From contig JBBTWP010000001.1 in NCBI GenBank assembly GCA_038062675.1, forward strand, positions 186,059 to 250,058: a stretch of DNA of 64,000 nt. The letters run 5' to 3'. The DNA comes from Patescibacteria group bacterium (GTDB taxonomy: Bacteria; Patescibacteriota; Minisyncoccia; Phycocordibacterales; UBA1550). Below, one piece after another: positions 59,229-64,000 of this stretch (the first letter of the stretch is position 1; each line of letters opens with the position of its first letter). The translations under genes and the position numbers were made by a program. The notes under the pieces were generated by a model, which had not been told where the DNA came from, did no database searches, and saw nothing but the letters and a program-made list of their open reading frames with translations.

Positions 59229-59462
59229 ATGGCGGAAAATTCTAGACTTTTTTACTGGATAGACAAAAATATGTTGCCAATTGGTACCGTGGCTATTGTA
59301 TTGATCACGTCAGTGCTAATCGCCATGTTTTTTGGAGAGAGACCGCATGACGTAGTCTATAAAGGACAATTTTGGGTATATTTCGGCATGGATGTGATTT
59401 GCATCGCGTTACTGGTAGCGGAGGTTATCAGTAGCTACTACTATAAGAAACCACGAAAATAA
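59229..59462 (+). CDS. small membrane protein
   Basis: Start at MAENS with a ggag SD 8 nt upstream. Two TM helices. Confidence 0.45.
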   Translation: MAENSRLFYWIDKNMLPIGTVAIVLITSVLIAMFFGERPHDVVYKGQFWVYFGMDVICIALLVAEVISSYYYKKPRK

Positions 59463-59514
59463 TAAGTACAGAATTACACCGTCTCAAGAAGGCGGTGTTT
59501 TTAATTCACCAAGG

Positions 59515-60759
59515 ATGAAGATGACTGTTGGGGCAGAAGAACCAAGCGCAACGATATCTCGTTTGCCGTCAGGTGGTATAGCCACAACGTGGCTATTTGT
59601 TGTCAGTAGCACATTACTTTCAGCGTACGTGTGTATTCCCACAATTAACGCACTTTTCAATCGATTACTTAAACTTGCCTTACTCAATCAAGTAGAGATT
59701 TCAGGGTCTCCCTTTGTGCTTGTCTATATCATTGTTTTAATATCAGCATATTGTGGAATAGCTTCGCGCGATGGCGACAACAAGGATGCCATCGTTAAAT
59801 CAAGATGGGTCGTTGCCAGTCTAGTAGTAGCATTTGCTGCCGCTTATGCGCTCACAGCTTACCAATCAGTTTTGGTATTTTCGATAGGCATGTTGTTTCT
59901 TCCTACTGTTGGAGTTTCTTGTATTCCGAAACATGCACGTAGTCCATGGACACAATTTATTGCTGTTGGAACAGTATTTTCTACCTTCATAACGCTTGGT
60001 TATTCCATTTTTAGATTTTCTGAATCTGTACTCTCACCTAAATTTCTGGACTTTATTTTTGTAATCCGCCTAACCTTTTTTATTGTGGCAAGTTTCTGGC
60101 TTTTTGTACGTATCACTACAAAAACAATACATGAGTATCGAGAATCTGGGCTGCGCCGAGAATCAGACAACTTAGAGTCATCTAGTCCTATTTTTCGCAT
60201 TTTTAATGGTTTGGTGGATCTAGCTATCCACTTTGCGCACTCGATCCCTGGCTGGTGGGAAATATTCTGGCGCGTACTCAAGTCTGAAGTTGGCGATTTT
60301 TTTAACGCAAAAATATGGGGACGATTGTGGAAATTTTTGATTTCATTGGTCGTGATTTTGTTTGTTGCTTCACTACTTCCCTTTGCTCTAGATAGCCTAG
60401 TTCAGCACCTTCAGACTGATTACTTCGTTGGCGAATTCTCTTTGTTTCCCCTATTCACCCTAACTGTCTATGTCCTTGCGGGGGTGTTTGTCGCTGTTGG
60501 GTGTCGCTGGCTATTAGATGTTAAATTTGAAATTCGGAAAGACTTTGCACACCGAATTGGTGATCCCATATTAGCACTTGCGCTTGTCGCGTTTGCAATC
60601 GGTTGTGTTGGTAAGTTGGCTCATTTTCTCGGTTTGGAGATGATGGGGTTCGCAGGTTGGCCCGTTGCAACACTCATTCTTTTAAGCATCTTCATAATAA
60701 TGGTCGTTAAGCGCTTTATATCTACCTCAGGACGCTATCGTAAAATCTCATCTCAATAG
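59515..60759 (+). CDS. polytopic membrane protein, unknown function
   Basis: About 10 predicted hydrophobic helices. Confidence 0.5.
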   Translation: MKMTVGAEEPSATISRLPSGGIATTWLFVVSSTLLSAYVCIPTINALFNRLLKLALLNQVEISGSPFVLVYIIVLISAYCGIASRDGDNKDAIVKSRWVVASLVVAFAAAYALTAYQSVLVFSIGMLFLPTVGVSCIPKHARSPWTQFIAVGTVFSTFITLGYSIFRFSESVLSPKFLDFIFVIRLTFFIVASFWLFVRITTKTIHEYRESGLRRESDNLESSSPIFRIFNGLVDLAIHFAHSIPGWWEIFWRVLKSEVGDFFNAKIWGRLWKFLISLVVILFVASLLPFALDSLVQHLQTDYFVGEFSLFPLFTLTVYVLAGVFVAVGCRWLLDVKFEIRKDFAHRIGDPILALALVAFAIGCVGKLAHFLGLEMMGFAGWPVATLILLSIFIIMVVKRFISTSGRYRKISSQ

Positions 60760-60783
60760 AATGTATTCGTGGACGGATCGAAA

Positions 60784-62763
60784 CTAGAAAATATCTACTC
60801 CCAAAAACCCATTCATCAATTCCCGCCACCGCCCCCTCGGTACCGTCTCACCACTCTCCCAAACCCGCCACGTCCCCTCGTCGACACCAAGGTGCCGTGC
60901 TGCTTCCTTGAGGGACCAGCCCATCGCGCGCCGTTTGGCGAGCAGGCGTTCAGGAAGGCTCTCCGGCTTCGGAAAGGGGTCGTAGCCTAAGAAGCGGAAG
61001 ATGGCGGGCATGGACGCAATCGGTGGTTCAGTTTTCGTCTTCTCCCAATTTAGTACCGTGGCAGAACTGACCCCGAGGAGCTTCCCGGCTTCTCGTTGGT
61101 TGAGCTTCATTTCCTTACGTCGCTTGTGAATATGCTCGCCCAAAGTTTGGGGCATAATTTCGGTTTCCTTTGGTTTCAATGCTTTAAGGCACACGCGGAC
61201 GTATGGCAAGAAGGCAACGCGTCTATGAGGTTTCGTTGCCATTCCGCCACCGTCTAAGAGGGTAGGGGGAGTGTCCGGCGTTTCAGGGGTGAAGGGGGTC
61301 TCGGTGGAAGTCACAGAAGCAGGTGGTGCATAGAAGAGGTGGATTTCTACTTCGCCGACGTGAACAATGATCCGCTCAGTAATGGCCTCCACGATTTGGC
61401 GCTTTTCTTCGTTAGGAAGCGTTGGCCAACGGGTATAGAGATCACGGGCGCTGGTGACGATTTCCTCCTGCGAGAGGTGGGAGATTTTGAGGACATCCAG
61501 TTCCGCTTGTACCTGAGGAAGTTCCTCTTCGAGTTGCCGTTGCCGCAAGGCCATTGGGTGGTATTTTGCTCCGAAGCCTGCCTTGTCAATTGCGCTTGAT
61601 TGGTAGAGGTCATAGAGCTTGTCTACTTCGGCAGCAAGCTTCTTTTGTTCCTTGTGGAGCACCGTGAGGAGTTCTTCTTTTTCATGAATGGCGGCGTGTG
61701 CCTTGCTCAAGTGCGCGGCGATTTCATGGGGTGAAAAGAAGAAGTTTTTGATCTGTTCGTGGAATACCCCCTCCAAGTCAACAACCGGGATTTTGTTGCG
61801 GCAGGCGTAACAGACGTATTTCGGAGTGTTGGACGGCACATACATTTTTTGGCCACAGCCGCAGTGGGTAAGCCCAGCAAAGAGGTGGACGGTTTGCCTC
61901 GCTAGGCGCTTCCCTTTCGCCCTTTGACCGTCCAAGATGGCATTGCATTCGTTCCAGAGTTCTTCGGGGACGATGGCTTCTACTTCAAGGAGCACCCATT
62001 CACTTTCAGGCTTCCGTTCCCATGTCTTTTTGTTGTTCTTTGTTTGGGTGTAGTTTGCGCGACGGATGCCCTTGGCGGTTGGGTCGCGCAAAAGGCGGTC
62101 TACCGTCGTGTCGGAAAACAGTGAGCCGTTCCGGGTGCGGTAGCCACGTTCATTGAGGAGCCGTGCCACGGTTTTCTTGCGGCGGTATTCCCGAAAGAGT
62201 TCGTACATGAGCTTTCGTACCGGTGCTTCCTTGAGGTCAGGAATAAGCTTTCGATCTTTCCACTGATAGCCGAAAGGTGCTTGGCCACCGAGCGGCTTCC
62301 CCATCTTGGCGCGGATAGGGACCGATGCGGCAACCCGCTGCGCGATTTCCTCACGTTCCCACTGCGCCATGGCGGCAATCATCGTATAGAAGAGGCGGCC
62401 TGCTGGGGTTGAGGTGTCGATGGATTCCCCGAGCGATATGAGGTCAGCATTGTACGTGCGGAACTCTTCCGCGAATTCGAGGAGTTCTCGGGTGTTACGG
62501 GCAAGGCGAGCGAGCTTCGAAAAGATGATGCCGGTGATGTGGCCCTTCTTGATGTCACCCAGCATGCGCTTGGCTTCGGCGGTTTCTTTGACAGTCTTTC
62601 CCGAAATGGCGTCAAGACGGTACACCTCGATCACGTCCCAGCCTTTCGCTTCGGCGTAGTGGCGAGCGCGGCGTTCGTGGTGCTCGGGTGATTCCCCTCT
62701 TACTTGATCTTCGGTCGAGACACGAATCCAAATGCCGACCCGTTTGGAGCTTTCAGCGTGCAT
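60784..62763 (-). CDS. large serine recombinase fused to C-terminal tandem XRE-type HTH domains
   Basis: Resolvase N-domain VGIWIRVSTEDQ with catalytic Ser. Recombinase and zinc-ribbon regions. C-terminal LNQREAGKLLGVSSATVLNWEK and SLKEAARHLGVDEGTWRVWE HTH motifs. SD gggagga upstream of ATG 62763. Confidence 0.8.
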   Translation of the reverse strand: MHAESSKRVGIWIRVSTEDQVRGESPEHHERRARHYAEAKGWDVIEVYRLDAISGKTVKETAEAKRMLGDIKKGHITGIIFSKLARLARNTRELLEFAEEFRTYNADLISLGESIDTSTPAGRLFYTMIAAMAQWEREEIAQRVAASVPIRAKMGKPLGGQAPFGYQWKDRKLIPDLKEAPVRKLMYELFREYRRKKTVARLLNERGYRTRNGSLFSDTTVDRLLRDPTAKGIRRANYTQTKNNKKTWERKPESEWVLLEVEAIVPEELWNECNAILDGQRAKGKRLARQTVHLFAGLTHCGCGQKMYVPSNTPKYVCYACRNKIPVVDLEGVFHEQIKNFFFSPHEIAAHLSKAHAAIHEKEELLTVLHKEQKKLAAEVDKLYDLYQSSAIDKAGFGAKYHPMALRQRQLEEELPQVQAELDVLKISHLSQEEIVTSARDLYTRWPTLPNEEKRQIVEAITERIIVHVGEVEIHLFYAPPASVTSTETPFTPETPDTPPTLLDGGGMATKPHRRVAFLPYVRVCLKALKPKETEIMPQTLGEHIHKRRKEMKLNQREAGKLLGVSSATVLNWEKTKTEPPIASMPAIFRFLGYDPFPKPESLPERLLAKRRAMGWSLKEAARHLGVDEGTWRVWESGETVPRGRWRELMNGFLGVDIF

Positions 62764-62835
62764 ACGTCCTCCCTTTGGTAGGGTGAGCAGGCGCACATTT
62801 TACGACAGAGGGTGAGAATTGTGGTGATGGTTTAG

Positions 62836-63141
62836 TTAACTGGCGCGCCGACGATCAATGCCTTCAGGAAATCTTACCTCACCAGTCACACGCGCAAGTT
62901 CGCGCCTGAGTCTTTGCACTTCGGTTTTGAGCAGCAAAACTTCGTGCCCTTGTGATTCAAGGCGCATACGATCGAATATATTCATACCTGTCGTTACCGC
63001 ACTGTTCCACAGGGGAAGAAGTGCGGTAAGCGGTATCAGCGGATAATCTGTTTGGAGGGACGCTTGCCACTGTGCGCCTATCATTTCAACTTCATTCCAC
63101 AGTTCCGCACGTTTCGTTTGTTCGGTCATACGACACCCCAA
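62836..63141 (-). CDS. hypothetical protein adjacent to recombinase
   Basis: 101-aa ORF with a TTG start per the track. Possible accessory or directionality factor; no motif recognised. Confidence 0.35.
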   Translation of the reverse strand: MGCRMTEQTKRAELWNEVEMIGAQWQASLQTDYPLIPLTALLPLWNSAVTTGMNIFDRMRLESQGHEVLLLKTEVQRLRRELARVTGEVRFPEGIDRRRAS

Positions 63142-63203
63142 GATTTTTGATCGACCAAATTCTACAACTGCGAGAGGAAAAATATAGCGGAATTTTCACA
63201 TCT

Positions 63204-63581
63204 TCACCTTGCAGGCAAACGACCCCCACTCGCAATGCACTCATCCAGCGTGGTGTAGGGGCTGAAGTTGGTGGTACGTGAATAATAGGTTGTTTCAGGG
63301 GCGTGACAAATACCGCTCTTACTTTTCTTCACCACGTCGATGTCCACGGGAATGCCTTCTTTGTTCGGAGGTTGCGCCGCCCTAGCTTTCGCGCTTGCAC
63401 TTGGTGACGTCGGCTCATTCGACTGTCTTTGTGGCGACGGCGCGGACGTCTTTGCATTGTGGCAGTGATACCCGCCGTTTTTGCGATCATTATGACATCC
63501 TTCCGCATTCGTTCGACCTCCATGCGCAAATGAGATGGATGGTATCGCGAGGGCTATGATGATAAAAAGTGCGGTGCGCAT
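63204..63581 (-). CDS. secreted YHYH-domain protein
   Basis: Start trimmed to MRTALFIIIALAIPSISFA (signal peptide). GGYHCH motif. Confidence 0.55.
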   Translation of the reverse strand: MRTALFIIIALAIPSISFAHGGRTNAEGCHNDRKNGGYHCHNAKTSAPSPQRQSNEPTSPSASAKARAAQPPNKEGIPVDIDVVKKSKSGICHAPETTYYSRTTNFSPYTTLDECIASGGRLPAR

Positions 63582-63648
63582 TGTCCGTCCCTCTTTAGAG
63601 ATTTTTATGTCAACACAATACTCGCTCATATTCCGCTCGCAAAACAGT

Positions 63649-64000
63649 ATGTGGCACGCCTTGATACTCCTAATCGCGACAGGTGCGACAAATCTGGTAA
63701 ACGCGGCAGACATCCGTGAGCTGATTCCGGGGAAAATACTGGAAGTTCATTATGAGGGGTTCACGGTGTGGCTTGATTGCATGAAACGGGGTGCATTTCG
63801 TTTCGAATATACCGCTACGAAAGACACGGGGACATTACCACGTGTTGCAAAGTTTCTTCTCGATTCCGATGTACCCGGAGAATGTCAGCAAGAGAGTGCG
63901 GCTACATACCGTGCTCCGGGGGTAAGTTACGACCGGGGACATCTTGTCCCAGCGAACCATCTCGACGGGTCTGCTATCGGGATACGGCAGAGCAATTTCA
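63649..64000 (+). CDS. secreted DNA/RNA non-specific endonuclease (partial, runs off the window end)
   Basis: Signal peptide MWHALILLIATGATNLVNA. YDRGHLVPA (DRGH active-site motif of Serratia-type nucleases). No stop within the window. Confidence 0.6.
   Translation, partial: MWHALILLIATGATNLVNAADIRELIPGKILEVHYEGFTVWLDCMKRGAFRFEYTATKDTGTLPRVAKFLLDSDVPGECQQESAATYRAPGVSYDRGHLVPANHLDGSAIGIRQSNF

Noticed and set aside
1-64000. CRISPR arrays or rRNA genes
   Set aside because: No regularly spaced short direct repeats with unique spacers and no rRNA-like conserved stretches were seen. The repeats that do occur are tRNA-derived or the R1-R3 family.

Overview
This 64 kb bacterial window has a moderately AT-rich core with small, tightly packed genes. 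The style fits a reduced-genome bacterium, but I cannot assign a lineage from sequence alone. All calls below come from reading the ORF translations and the nucleotide sequence by eye; no searches were run.

The first 23 kb (positions 1-23,000) is ordinary chromosome:
- Carbohydrate and pentose-phosphate genes on the minus strand: ROK kinase, cyclase-family protein, short 6PGDH, Zwf, GH15, GH57 and a GT4 glycosyltransferase.
- RsuA/RluB-type pseudouridine synthase, a DedA-PAP2 fusion membrane protein, a PEP-CTERM protein, PyrH, a UMPH-type 5'-nucleotidase, a DUF2779/Cas4-like nuclease, DinB, TspO and pirin.

At 23.8-31.4 kb an AT-rich accessory island abuts a tRNA-Gln(UUG) gene. It carries, in order: a RhuM/Fic-Doc protein, a Pro/Thr-rich secreted protein, DgkA, a DUF2726 protein, a hypothetical protein, a DUF262+HNH nuclease, a GIY-YIG (T5orf172-like) nuclease and an N6-adenine DNA methyltransferase. 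Tandem partial tRNA copies and hairpin repeats flank the tRNA, and a DinJ-YafQ toxin-antitoxin pair follows it.

The 32-47 kb stretch is housekeeping: dnaX, dus, ftsQ, serS, a GC-rich dprA, topA, a short rel, parB and a HAD hydrolase.

The right-hand third (about 47.2-63.2 kb) is a mosaic of GC-rich blocks that look like mobile-element cargo:
- a structured roughly 300-nt noncoding region;
- an operon pairing an NA37 (YejK/NdpA-like) protein with a RelA/SpoT-domain (toxSAS/CapRel-like) protein;
- RadC;
- a prenyltransferase/terpene-cyclase-repeat membrane protein plus NUDIX operon;
- an ArdC-like antirestriction protein;
- a three-gene operon with two TraD/HerA-like P-loop ATPases, the second 1020 aa long and ending in a nuclease-like domain;
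- membrane proteins;
- a large serine recombinase fused to tandem XRE HTH domains.

Three copies of a 34-70 nt direct repeat separate these cargo blocks. A partial secreted DRGH-type non-specific nuclease runs off the right edge.

I found no CRISPR array and no rRNA.
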